Below are positions 1-8,969 of a stretch of DNA of 64,000 nt, in pieces; the stretch's first letter is position 1; the number at the start of each line of letters is the position of its first letter. Origin of the DNA: Candidatus Aminicenantes bacterium (lineage in GTDB: Bacteria > Acidobacteriota > Aminicenantia > Aminicenantales > JAFGBC01); assembly GCA_963702005.1 (NCBI GenBank), contig OY969696.1, positions 2,400,001 to 2,464,000 on the forward strand. The letters are read 5' to 3'. Both the position numbers and the translations under genes were made by a program. Below the pieces are notes generated by a model. The model was not told the origin of the DNA and did no database searches. It worked only from the letters and a program-made list of their open reading frames with translations.

Positions 1-3
1 GGC

Positions 4-1257
4 TTGGCCAGGAAGATCTGGACCTCGGAGGAAGACCTGATCTATTCCATCGTCCGGGAACCCGGTTCCGGCCGTATCCTGTTCGGTACGGGACCGAAGG
101 GAAGGCTCTACGCCCTCGACGCCGCGGAGCGCGCGTCCCTGTTGATCCAGGAGAACGCGGAGCAGGTCTTTATGCTTTCCGCCTGGGACGACGGGATCCG
201 CATTCTTTCCAACAATCCGCCCGGTCTTGCCGTCCTTCATCCCGACCAGCGCCCGGCCGGGGAATACCTCGGTCCCGTCCTTGACGCCCGGACCATCGCG
301 TCCTGGGGTCGGCTGTCCTGGGAAGGCTCGGTCCCTACGGGCTCCATCCTCCAATTCCAGACCCGGAGCGGCAACAGCGCCGATCCAAGCCCGACCTGGA
401 GCGACTGGTCTCCTCCCTACCAGAAGATGGAAGAGGCCGTCCTGAGCCCGCGGGCCCGCTATCTCCAGTTCCGGGCCCTGCTCAAGCTGCAATCCGGGAA
501 AGCTTCGCCCTCGATCGCCCGGGCCCAAGTCTTTTACATCCAGTCCAATTTAAAGCCGGAGATCGCAAGCCTCGACTGGCTCGCGCCCAACGAGGTCTAC
601 CTCGAACCCCCCGTCCAGGATGACGTCATCTGGGGGCTCGACGAAAGCGCGGACCGGCGTCCCGCCAAGCCCGATGAGGCCAAGACCATCATGACGGCTA
701 AGAAAGCCGTCCGCAAAGGGTACCAAACCATCGTCTGGGAAGCCCGGGATGAGAATGAGGACGTTCTGACCTTCACGCTTCGCCTTAAAAAAGACGACGA
801 ATCCCAATGGCGCCTCCTCAAGGACGGCTGGACCGAGAATCTGTTCGCCTTCGATACGACGGCGTTCCCCGACGGAACATACCTCATGAAGCTCGAAGCC
901 TCCGACACGCCCTCCAACCCGGCCGGAAGCGAGCTCCGGGCGGAGCGGACGAGCGTTCCCCTCGTCATCGACAACTCGCTCCCCGTCATCAAGAATTTCA
1001 CGGCCGTCCGCGATAAGGACCGCGCCGGCCTGGCCGTTTCATTCCAGGCCGAGGACGCCTTCTCGTCCATCGAGGAAGTCGAGGTCATGGTCCGGCCCCA
1101 GGGCTGGCGGGTCGTTTTCCCGACCGACGGGATCTGCGATTCCAAGCAGGAAAGCTTTTCGTTCGTCCTGCCGCTCGCTCCCAATGCCGACAACCTCGTC
1201 GTCGTCCGCGCCAAGGACAGGTACGGGAACGTCGGCGTCGTCCGGCAGGTGTTCTGA
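4..1257 (+). CDS. C-terminal part of a large protein with a beta-propeller-like region followed by beta-sandwich/Ig-like domains; 5' end lies before the window
   Basis: Frame is open from the window edge. Short propeller-like segments (ILFGTGPKGRLY), then SWGRLSW..RYLQFRA and DTTAFPDGTY..IDNSLP Ig-like segments. Confidence 0.6.
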   Translation: MARKIWTSEEDLIYSIVREPGSGRILFGTGPKGRLYALDAAERASLLIQENAEQVFMLSAWDDGIRILSNNPPGLAVLHPDQRPAGEYLGPVLDARTIASWGRLSWEGSVPTGSILQFQTRSGNSADPSPTWSDWSPPYQKMEEAVLSPRARYLQFRALLKLQSGKASPSIARAQVFYIQSNLKPEIASLDWLAPNEVYLEPPVQDDVIWGLDESADRRPAKPDEAKTIMTAKKAVRKGYQTIVWEARDENEDVLTFTLRLKKDDESQWRLLKDGWTENLFAFDTTAFPDGTYLMKLEASDTPSNPAGSELRAERTSVPLVIDNSLPVIKNFTAVRDKDRAGLAVSFQAEDAFSSIEEVEVMVRPQGWRVVFPTDGICDSKQESFSFVLPLAPNADNLVVVRAKDRYGNVGVVRQVF

Positions 1258-1290
1258 GGCTCCGAGGCGGGTTCGCTTCCGCCGCCGGCC

Positions 1291-1857
1291 CTATTTGGTC
1301 CTGACCCGCTCCAGGTACTTGTTGTCCCGGGTGTCGATCCGGATGACGTCCCCCTCCTTGACGAATTGGGGAACGGTCACGGTCAGGCCGGTTTCGAGGG
1401 CGGCGGGCTTGCTGCTGGCCGACTGGGTCGCGCCCTTGAGGAAGGGCGCCGTCTCCGTGACCAAGAGGTCGACGGTCACGGGCGGTTCGATCCCGATGGC
1501 GACGCCGTCATGGGTCTCAATCTTGAAGACGACGTTGGGGATGAGGTAATTGACGCCGTCCCCGATAACGTCCGGGGAGAGCTTGATCTGCTCGTAGTTC
1601 TCGAGGTTCATGAAAACGAAATCCTCGCCCTCGCGGTAGAGATACTCCATCTCGGTCTCTTCCAAGACCGCCTGCTCGACCCGCTCCTCGGAGCGAAGGC
1701 GGCGCTCGGTCTGGCTTCCGTCCCGGAGGTTGCGGAGCTTGGTCTGGACGATGGCCTTCCAGCGGCCGGGCGTGATGAGCTGGACTTCCATGACCTTGAA
1801 TAGAATCCCGTCCATGTTGAGGATCATGCCCCTCCGGATCTGGGTGGCGTCGATCAT
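1291..1857 (-). CDS. efp: Elongation factor P (188 aa) with non-canonical loop TPGRWK
   Basis: C-terminal part of the 1291..2811 ORF, starting MIDATQIRRGM. Motifs YLYREGEDFVFMNLENYEQ and KPAALETGLTVTVPQFVKEGDVIRIDTR. SD (AGGAGG) upstream of ATG 1857. Confidence 0.95.
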   Translation of the reverse strand: MIDATQIRRGMILNMDGILFKVMEVQLITPGRWKAIVQTKLRNLRDGSQTERRLRSEERVEQAVLEETEMEYLYREGEDFVFMNLENYEQIKLSPDVIGDGVNYLIPNVVFKIETHDGVAIGIEPPVTVDLLVTETAPFLKGATQSASSKPAALETGLTVTVPQFVKEGDVIRIDTRDNKYLERVRTK

Positions 1858-2966
1858 GGTGCCTCCTGAGAACGATCGGACGGGCGGCCGGACTCGACCC
1901 GGACTCCGCCGTCGATGTGGATGACGGCGGGCCGCGCCCCGGCCCGCTCGCAGGCCTCGGCAACGGCCTCGGCCCGCCCCGGCGCATAGACGAAAGCGCA
2001 GCCGCCTCCGCCCGAGCCGTTGATCTTGCCGCCCAGGCCGCCGGCGCCGAGAGCGGCCTCCAAGATCCGGTCGATCTTGGGAGTCGAGATCCGGAGGTCG
2101 TCCCTCAACAGACCGTGCTGGCGGGAGAGGAGCTCGCCGAAACGCCGGCCGTCGAAGGGCTGGGATTGAAACAAGGCGACGCCCTGACGGGTCAAGTCGC
2201 GGTTGCGGAGGGCCGCATCGAGTAGGCGGCGCGGGTCTGCCGACAGCCTGGAGATTGCCGCGGTCATCTCCGGGGTTGGATCTCCCTTGAGGGAAAAGCC
2301 CGGGTGTATTTTCTTGATCTCGGCGACTCCCGCCAAGACGCGGCTCTTGACCGAGCCGAGGGTTCCCGTCGTGTCCTTTTTTTCGAGCGAGTCGGCCAGG
2401 ACGAATTCGCCGGCCGGGAGGGGAAACTCGCTGAGGGCGAGGGGGTCCTCGAAACGGATCCAAAGGACCCCGCCCCGGGCGGAGGCGTAGTGGTCCATCT
2501 TCCCGCCCGGCTCTCCGAACTCGGCCACCTCGGAGAGATACCCCAGTTCGGCGACTTGTTCGGGGGAAACGCTTCCACCCCTGCCCGCGGCCTCGATCAG
2601 GAAGCGGATCCAGGCGATGACCAGGGCCGACGAGCTCGATGTCCCGGCGTTGATGGGGATCGTCCCGCGGACGAGAATGTCCCACCCCGAGGGGAGGGAA
2701 ACGCCCGAGCGTCTCAGGACATTGACGACGCTGCGCAGATAATCCCTCGGCTTGGCATAAGGGATGTCGCCGGCCAGGTCGAACTCGTCCCGCTCGCCGA
2801 TGTCGGGGCAATTGAAAACCAGGCGGGAGTCGGTCCGGCGTCGGCCGCTTAACCTGATCCGGACGTCGACGGCCGCGGCGATGACGTCCAATCCCAGGTA
2901 GTCCTGATGCTCTCCGAACAGACAGATTCGGCCGGGAGCGGATACGATCAAGTCGGCGTCGCGCAT
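1854..2966 (-). CDS. Galactokinase-family (GHMP) sugar kinase
   Basis: APGRICLFGEHQDY, ATP motif IPINAGTSSSSA, GGKMDH, GKINGSGGGG. Stop codon overlaps the efp start (ATGA). Confidence 0.85.
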   Translation of the reverse strand: MRDADLIVSAPGRICLFGEHQDYLGLDVIAAAVDVRIRLSGRRRTDSRLVFNCPDIGERDEFDLAGDIPYAKPRDYLRSVVNVLRRSGVSLPSGWDILVRGTIPINAGTSSSSALVIAWIRFLIEAAGRGGSVSPEQVAELGYLSEVAEFGEPGGKMDHYASARGGVLWIRFEDPLALSEFPLPAGEFVLADSLEKKDTTGTLGSVKSRVLAGVAEIKKIHPGFSLKGDPTPEMTAAISRLSADPRRLLDAALRNRDLTRQGVALFQSQPFDGRRFGELLSRQHGLLRDDLRISTPKIDRILEAALGAGGLGGKINGSGGGGCAFVYAPGRAEAVAEACERAGARPAVIHIDGGVRVESGRPSDRSQEAP

Positions 2967-2974
2967 GACATCCT

Positions 2975-3003
2975 TTTTTATCCGAAGCGCCCCGTTATGT
3001 CAA
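2975..3003 (-). promoter_or_regulatory. Putative sigma70 promoter of the kinase-efp operon
   Basis: Minus strand TTGACA-17 nt-TAAAAA, ending 8 nt before ATG 2966. Confidence 0.55.
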
Positions 3004-3035
3004 TATCGGGCAGGCTCAGCCGACGAGGCTTCTAG

Positions 3036-3079
3036 TACTCAGGGTTTCCCTGAGTATGGGGTTCGGTCGCTTCAGATCC
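3036..3079. repeat. TACT..AGTA hairpin plus a 15-nt motif shared with the 50.3-kb element
   Basis: TACTCAGGG-TTT-CCCTGAGTA at 3036-3056. 3065-3079 is the exact reverse complement of 50346-50360 (GGATCTGAAGCGACC). Confidence 0.7.
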
Positions 3080-3082
3080 AAG

Positions 3083-3111
3083 TTGATTTCAAGGTCTAAT
3101 TGGTCTATAAA
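3083..3111 (+). promoter_or_regulatory. Putative sigma70 promoter
   Basis: TTGATT-17 nt-TATAAA upstream of ATG 3126. Confidence 0.45.
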
Positions 3112-3125
3112 AGGCTCCGGTGACC

Positions 3126-3902
3126 ATGTCCGAGATCGGCTTCCTAGGGACGGGCGGCGCGGTTCCCTCGGTCAAACGGGACAACATGTCCTTCGTTCTG
3201 ATCCGGGACGAGCGCTCCGTCCTGGTCGATTGTCCGGGCGGGGTTTTCCAGAAGCTCAAGAAGCTCGGGCTCGACCCCGGTTCGGTCGGCCACATCGTCG
3301 TGACCCATATCCATCCCGACCATGTCTACGGCCTTCCCGCCTTCATCCACAGCCTGATGCTCGACGAAGGGACGGTCGTCCTCTGGGGGTCCGCGGAAAC
3401 GGCCGAATTCTGCGGCCGCCTCCTGGACCTGTTCGGGCTCCGGGACAAAAAGATCTTGAGGAGGGTCGCCTTCCGGCCCCTGGCGCCGGGCCGCGAGGTC
3501 GAAGCGGAGCCGGGCCTCGGACTGTCCGTCCTGAGCATCCCCCATCATTCCTCGTCGCTCGCCTTCCGCTTCGCCCTCGAGCCGGAAGGCAAGACGATCG
3601 CTTATTCCGGGGACACGCCCGCCCACCCGCCCTTCTTCGTTTGGGCTGGCGGAAGCGACGTCCTCATCCACGATTGCAGCGTTCCTTCGCGGTTCTTCCG
3701 GGATTTTCCGGCCCTGGCCGCGATGCACACCCATGCCCTGGATCTGGGCCGGATGAGCGAGCGGGCCGGCATCGAGCTTCTCATCCCGGGCCATTTTTTC
3801 GGAGAGGTCGAATACGATATGTCCGAAATCGAGGATGAAATCCGGAGCGGCTTCACGGGACGCCTGATCATCCCCGCCGACATGATGAGGATCCCGCTGT
3901 GA
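3126..3902 (+). CDS. MBL-fold metallohydrolase, RNase Z/BN-like
   Basis: FLGTGGAVP, VLVDCPGG, THIHPDH (HxHxDH), YSGDT, LIHDC, HT, LIPGH. Confidence 0.8.
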   Translation: MSEIGFLGTGGAVPSVKRDNMSFVLIRDERSVLVDCPGGVFQKLKKLGLDPGSVGHIVVTHIHPDHVYGLPAFIHSLMLDEGTVVLWGSAETAEFCGRLLDLFGLRDKKILRRVAFRPLAPGREVEAEPGLGLSVLSIPHHSSSLAFRFALEPEGKTIAYSGDTPAHPPFFVWAGGSDVLIHDCSVPSRFFRDFPALAAMHTHALDLGRMSERAGIELLIPGHFFGEVEYDMSEIEDEIRSGFTGRLIIPADMMRIPL

Positions 3903-3940
3903 AACCGGAGACCGCTTCGATCGCGGCCAAGGAGCGTTCC

Positions 3941-5620
3941 ATGAATAGACAAAGACTCGCGGCCGTCCTGGCCGCGGCCGTTCTTCTGACGGCCGGCCAC
4001 GGCTGTCGACAAGGAGGGACCATGGCGGACCTGATCTTGACCAACGCCTCCGTTTGGACGGTGGACCCGGATCGGCCCTGGGCGGAAGCCGTGGCCGTTC
4101 GGGATGGGATAATCCTCCGGGTCGGGAGCGCCAAGGAGGTCCGGGCCTGGGCCGGGCCCGCCAAGGAAACGATCGACCTCAAGGGCGGACTCGTCCTGCC
4201 CGGATTCATCGACAGCCACACCCATTTTCTGACCGGCGGTTTCGCCCTCTCCAGCGTTCAGCTCAGGGACGTTACAACCCGCGAAGAGTTCAGGGCTCGG
4301 CTTGCGGCCAAGGTCAAGACTCTCGAGCCGGGCGAATGGATCCTGAACGGAGACTGGGACCATCAATCGTTCTCGCCGCCCGAGCTTCCGACCAAGGCCT
4401 GGATCGACGACCTGACGCCCGCGAATCCGGTCTGCGTCACGCGCTTCGACGGCCATATGGCCCTCGTGAATTCCCTGGCTCTTAAGCGGGCCGGGATCAG
4501 CCGGGCGACGGCGGCCCCGGCCGGCGGGGAGATCCTCAAGGATCCCGTATCCGGCGAGCCGACCGGAATCCTAAAGGACGCGGCCATGGAACTTGTCGCC
4601 GGCCTCGTTCCCGAGCCTTCTTTCAAGGAGCGGCTGCGGGCGGCCGAGGCGGCCCTCCGCCTCGCCGCGGAGCTGGGATTGACCTCGATCCACGACATGT
4701 CCGACGCCGGGAGCTTCGAGGCCTACCAGGAGCTGTGGCGGCGGAACGCGCTGACGGCCCGGCTGTCCGTCTACATCCCCATCACCGAAGTCGATCTCCT
4801 TGTCCGGCTGAGGCTGCGGGGACCGTTCGGAGACGACCGCTTGAAGCTCGCCGGCCTCAAAGGGTTCGTGGACGGCTCGCTGGGCTCGGCCACGGCCTAC
4901 TTTTTCGAGCCCTACAGCGACGACCCGACGACGAGCGGGCTTCTCAACGCCCAGATGTTCCCCGAAGGGATCATGGAGAAGAGGATTCTTGAAGCGGACC
5001 GGGCCGGACTCCAGGTCGCCGTCCATGCCATCGGAGACCGCGCCAACGCCATGCTCCTCGACATCTACGAGAGGTCCATGGCCGCGAACGGGCCGCGCGA
5101 CAGGCGGTGGCGGATCGAGCACGCCCAGCACCTCAGGCCGGAGGACATCGTCCGGATGGGCCGGCTCGGCATCATCGGTTCGGTCCAGCCCTACCACGCC
5201 ATTGACGACGGCCGCTGGGCGGAGAAGAAAATCGGGAAGGAGCGCTGCCGGACGACCTACGCCTTCCGCTCCCTCCTGGATCGAGGAGTGACGCTCGCCA
5301 TGGGTTCGGATTGGACGGTCGCCCCCCTCGACCCGTTGACCGGCATCTATGCGGCCGTGACCCGGGCGACCCTGGACGGCAAGAATCCGGGCGGCTGGTT
5401 CCCCGAGCAGAAGATCAGCGTCGAGGAGGCGATCCGCGGCTTCACGATGGGCGGCGCCTACGCCGAATTCGCCGAAGCCCGCAAGGGCTCGATCAGCGAG
5501 GGCAAGCTCGCCGACCTGGTCGTCCTCGACCGGAACATCCTCAAGGAGAGCCCCGAGCGGATCAAGGACGCCCGGGTGATCCTGACCATCCTGGGCGGGA
5601 AGGTCGTATTCGGGAAGTAG
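3941..5620 (+). CDS. Amidohydrolase-3 family (YtcJ-like), probable lipoprotein
   Basis: PGFIDSHTH, KGFVDGSLG, VHAIGD, RIEHAQ, GSDW, GKLADLVVLD. Signal peptide ending AGHGC. AAGGAG before ATG 3941. Confidence 0.85.
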   Translation: MNRQRLAAVLAAAVLLTAGHGCRQGGTMADLILTNASVWTVDPDRPWAEAVAVRDGIILRVGSAKEVRAWAGPAKETIDLKGGLVLPGFIDSHTHFLTGGFALSSVQLRDVTTREEFRARLAAKVKTLEPGEWILNGDWDHQSFSPPELPTKAWIDDLTPANPVCVTRFDGHMALVNSLALKRAGISRATAAPAGGEILKDPVSGEPTGILKDAAMELVAGLVPEPSFKERLRAAEAALRLAAELGLTSIHDMSDAGSFEAYQELWRRNALTARLSVYIPITEVDLLVRLRLRGPFGDDRLKLAGLKGFVDGSLGSATAYFFEPYSDDPTTSGLLNAQMFPEGIMEKRILEADRAGLQVAVHAIGDRANAMLLDIYERSMAANGPRDRRWRIEHAQHLRPEDIVRMGRLGIIGSVQPYHAIDDGRWAEKKIGKERCRTTYAFRSLLDRGVTLAMGSDWTVAPLDPLTGIYAAVTRATLDGKNPGGWFPEQKISVEEAIRGFTMGGAYAEFAEARKGSISEGKLADLVVLDRNILKESPERIKDARVILTILGGKVVFGK

Positions 5621-5646
5621 ACCGGGCCGGCGGGCCGCCCGCGAAA

Positions 5647-5675
5647 TTGATAAATACCTGAGAACCGTCTAAAAT
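5647..5675 (+). promoter_or_regulatory. Putative sigma70 promoter of rnhC
   Basis: TTGATA-17 nt-TAAAAT. Confidence 0.5.
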
Positions 5676-5691
5676 AAGCCGACCCCGGACC

Positions 5692-6387
5692 ATGGAGCAG
5701 AATGATCTCTTCCCGCCCGCGGCCGGACACATCGGGACCGACGAATCCGGCAAGGGGGATTATTTCGGTCCGCTCGTCATTGCCGGGGTCTTCGTCCCCG
5801 ACGGCCAGACGGCCGTCTTGAGAGAACTCGGCGTCAGGGACAGCAAGAAGATCAGCGACGGGCGCGTCCAGAAGCTGGCCGCCCTGATCAAAACGGGCTA
5901 TCTTCATTCCGTAGTCGCCATCGGCCCCGAGCGCTACAACGACCTCTACGGCAAGCTGCGCAACCTGAACCGGATCCTGGCCTGGGGCCATGCCCGCGTC
6001 ATCGAGAACATTCTGGAGCGCGTCGATTGCCGGCTCGCCATCGCCGATCGCTTCGGGGAGGAAGGCTTCATCATCGACGCCCTGCTCAGGAAGGGCAAGA
6101 GGATCGAGCTCGTCCAGAAGGTCCGGGCCGAGGAGGACGCGGCCGTGGCCGGCGCCTCGATCCTGGCCCGGGCCGAGTTCCTCCAAAAGCTCCGGGCCCT
6201 ATCGCTCGAAGTCGACCTCGAGCTTCCCAAGGGCGCCTCGCCGCTCGTCGAGGAAGCCGGGATCAAGCTTGTCGAACGGCAGGGCGGCGATAGCCTGGGC
6301 CGGGTCGCCAAGCTCCACTTCAAGAACACGGCCCGCATTCTCGATTCCGTCCGGGACGGCAGAGACCGAACCGGGAAGCCGGCCTGA
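5692..6387 (+). CDS. rnhC: Ribonuclease HIII, catalytic domain only
   Basis: IGTDESGKGDYFGPLV, GVRDSKK, VAGASILAR, LPKGAS, AKLHFKNT. Confidence 0.85.
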   Translation: MEQNDLFPPAAGHIGTDESGKGDYFGPLVIAGVFVPDGQTAVLRELGVRDSKKISDGRVQKLAALIKTGYLHSVVAIGPERYNDLYGKLRNLNRILAWGHARVIENILERVDCRLAIADRFGEEGFIIDALLRKGKRIELVQKVRAEEDAAVAGASILARAEFLQKLRALSLEVDLELPKGASPLVEEAGIKLVERQGGDSLGRVAKLHFKNTARILDSVRDGRDRTGKPA

Positions 6388-6412
6388 GAGGACGCGGACA
6401 GGACAACCGCCC

Positions 6413-7630
6413 GTGGACGCCGTACTCAAGATCGCAGTCATCATTCTCGTCCTGCTTTTTCTCGTCCGCAAGAAGTGGGACCTGGGCCTTATCTTGGTCC
6501 TCGACGCCGTCCTGGCCGCCGTCTTGTACCGGATGCCGGTCCTTGCCTTTTTAAAGAATGCGGGCAGCGCCCTCATCGCGGGCGAAACGCTTATCCTGCT
6601 GGGGGTCATCATCCTCGTCCTCTACCTGGGGAACTTCCTTCAGGTCGGGGGCCATTTCCGGGAGATGGTCGATGCCCTCAAAAACCTCGTTCGCGATCCC
6701 CGTTTGATCCTGGCCATCCCTTCGGCTTTTATCGGGCTTCTGCCCATGATGGCCGGCGCCATGATGGGAGCGCCGATCGTTGAGGAAGCGGCCCGGCGCT
6801 GGAATCTGTCGCCGGCCTGGAAAACATTCTATAACTACTGGTTTCGGCATATCTGGGAATACAGCTGGCCCCTCTACCTGAACTTGATCATGGCTGCGGC
6901 CATCGTCAAGGTTCCGATCGGCCGCGTTTCCCTCGTTCAATTCCCGTTTACGATCCTGGCCGCCGCGACGGGCTTGGTCGTCCTCTTCCGGCGCGTTCCC
7001 TTCCAGCCCAACGACAGGGAGGTCCGAGGAAATCCCAGGGACGTGGTCCGCGTCTTTTTCAGCATCTGGCCCATCCTGCTGACGATCGTCCTCATCTTCG
7101 CCCTCCGGCTCGATATGCTCATCGCGCTCGCAATCGCGAGCCTGTTGACCCTCATCCTGACCCGTCTTCCCATCAAGGAAAGGCTCCGACTTCTCCTCAC
7201 CAGCACCACCCCCCGGATCATCGTCCTGATCGGGGCCCTCATGGTTTTCAAGCGGATCCTGGAGGCTTCGGGCGCGCTCGATTCCGTGGTCAAGGCTTTC
7301 CCGCCCCGGGGGATCGCGGCCTATATTCTGCTCTTCGCGGCGCCGTTCTTCATCGGCTTGCTGACCGGCGTCAACCAGGCCTTCGTCGCCATCGCCTTCC
7401 CGCTTCTTGTCCCGATCATCGGCACGGGGCGTCCCGACATGGTCTTGCTCATGTTCGCCTACGTGAGCGGGTTCGCGGGCATCCTCCTCTCGCCGGCCCA
7501 TCTCTGCCTGGTCCTGACGGCCGAATATTTCCGGGCGCCGCTCAAGAACGTCTACCGCGTCCTCATCGGCCCGGTCTGCGTCATCTTCGGGGCCGCTCTC
7601 TTGGCGCTCATCGTCTTGCGTGTGCTATAA
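6413..7630 (+). CDS. DUF401-family multi-pass membrane protein (putative transporter)
   Basis: Hydrophobic part of the 5990 ORF starting at GTG 6413. Motifs GLLPM, NYWFRH, LSPAHLCL. Confidence 0.7.
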   Translation: MDAVLKIAVIILVLLFLVRKKWDLGLILVLDAVLAAVLYRMPVLAFLKNAGSALIAGETLILLGVIILVLYLGNFLQVGGHFREMVDALKNLVRDPRLILAIPSAFIGLLPMMAGAMMGAPIVEEAARRWNLSPAWKTFYNYWFRHIWEYSWPLYLNLIMAAAIVKVPIGRVSLVQFPFTILAAATGLVVLFRRVPFQPNDREVRGNPRDVVRVFFSIWPILLTIVLIFALRLDMLIALAIASLLTLILTRLPIKERLRLLLTSTTPRIIVLIGALMVFKRILEASGALDSVVKAFPPRGIAAYILLFAAPFFIGLLTGVNQAFVAIAFPLLVPIIGTGRPDMVLLMFAYVSGFAGILLSPAHLCLVLTAEYFRAPLKNVYRVLIGPVCVIFGAALLALIVLRVL

Positions 7631-7655
7631 AAACAAAAGAAAGGACGGCGCGGCC

Positions 7656-8834
7656 ATGACCAAACGGCTTTATTTCGAAGATCCCCGGCGGACCGAGTTC
7701 GCGGCCCGCGTCCGGCAGCGAAAGACGTTTGACGGCCGTCCGGCCCTCGTCCTCGACCAGACGGGTTTCTACCCCGAATCGGGAGGGCAGCCCTATGACC
7801 TAGGGACCATCAACGGCGTCGAAGTTGTCCAGGTCACTGAGGACGGGGAGGAGATCCTCCATGTTTTAAAAGAGGCGGTCGAAGCGGATGACGTGAGGGG
7901 GATCGTCGATTGGAAGCGCCGCTTCGACCATATGCAGCAGCATAGCGGCCAGCACATCCTATCCCAGGCCTTCGTCGAGATCCTCAAGGGCGAGACGAAA
8001 TCCTTCCATCTCGGCGCGGAGAGCTCGACCCTCGAGATCGGGATCGGGGCCGTTTCGGACGAATCGCTCGACCGCGTCGAAGGCCGGGCCAACCGGGTCG
8101 TGTTCGAGGACCGGCTCGTCAAGACCTCGTTCGTCCCCCCGGAGAGAATCGCCGAGGTCCCGCTGCGCCGGCCGCCCAAGGTCGAGGGCGTCATCCGGGT
8201 CGTCGAAGTCGAGGGCTTCGACTGGTCGGCCTGCGGGGGAACCCACGTCGGACGGACGGGAGAGATCGGCCTGATCAAAGTTACGGGCTGGGAGAGGATC
8301 CGGGGGAACCTCCGCTTCAGCTTCGTCTGCGGGGGGCGGGCTCTGGCCGAATTCCAGGTCCGGAACCGCATCGTCCGGGATCTGGTCGGCAGGTTCAACG
8401 TCCAGGTCGGAGACATCCCGGCTTCCATAGAGCGGCTCGGGGCGGAGGCCAAAGACGCCAAGAGACGGCTGAAGAAGGTCGAGGAAACGCTGGCCCGCTA
8501 CGAAGCCGGGGAACTCGTCGCGAAGGCCGAAGGCCGACTCATCAAGGCCGTTCTCGAGGAACGGAGTCCGGAGGCCGCCCGCGCCCTGGCTCTCAGCGTC
8601 GTCAGGAAGGGAGATTTCATCGCCCTTATCGGAGCGAGGTCCGCCTCCCGCAGCTATCTGGTCATGGCCCGCTCCGAATCGATCGGGATCGATCTTCGTC
8701 CGCTCGCCGCCCAGATCGCCCCGCTCATGAACGGGAAGGGCGGCGGAGGCCCCTCGCTCGTCGAGATCGCCGGCGACCTCTCCGCGGACCTGAATGCCGT
8801 TCTTCTCGCCGCCGCCGCCAAACTTAAGCTCTAG
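7656..8834 (+). CDS. AlaX-L type alanyl-tRNA editing protein with C-terminal DHHA1
   Basis: TKRLYFED, FYPESGGQ, MQQHSGQH, ACGGTH, KGGG. Confidence 0.85.
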   Translation: MTKRLYFEDPRRTEFAARVRQRKTFDGRPALVLDQTGFYPESGGQPYDLGTINGVEVVQVTEDGEEILHVLKEAVEADDVRGIVDWKRRFDHMQQHSGQHILSQAFVEILKGETKSFHLGAESSTLEIGIGAVSDESLDRVEGRANRVVFEDRLVKTSFVPPERIAEVPLRRPPKVEGVIRVVEVEGFDWSACGGTHVGRTGEIGLIKVTGWERIRGNLRFSFVCGGRALAEFQVRNRIVRDLVGRFNVQVGDIPASIERLGAEAKDAKRRLKKVEETLARYEAGELVAKAEGRLIKAVLEERSPEAARALALSVVRKGDFIALIGARSASRSYLVMARSESIGIDLRPLAAQIAPLMNGKGGGGPSLVEIAGDLSADLNAVLLAAAAKLKL

Positions 8835-8839
8835 TCCGG

Positions 8840-8951
8840 TTGACCCGTTCGCCGACGCCAAGCCCCGCCTTTCAAGGCGGGGTTGAGAGCGAGGCTCAGG
8901 GTTAATCATGAACAAGCCCCGGCCTTCAGGCCGGGAAGTCGATGATTTGAC
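8840..8951. mobile_element. Non-autonomous palindrome element, copy A (REP/PATE-like with IS200/IS605-type hairpins)
   Basis: Bounded by TTGAC at 8840-8844 and 8947-8951. Hairpins AGCCCCGCCTTTCAAGGCGGGG (8861-8882, identical at 63810-63831) and AAGCCCCGGCCTTCAGGCCGGGA. 5' motif TGACCCGTTCGCCGAYGCYA shared with 42765 and 63759. Confidence 0.65.
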
Positions 8952-8969
8952 TATCAAGGCGATCATAGC

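Noticed and set aside
1858-2811. Apparent 506-aa N-terminally extended EF-P
   Set aside because: The extension is an Arg/Pro/Gly-rich off-frame reading of the kinase gene; efp has its own SD and ATG at 1857.
5990-6412. N-terminal extensions of the DUF401 ORF (and similarly of the OMP, skp and lpxI ORFs)
   Set aside because: Off-frame or antisense overlaps with neighbouring real genes; low-complexity translations.
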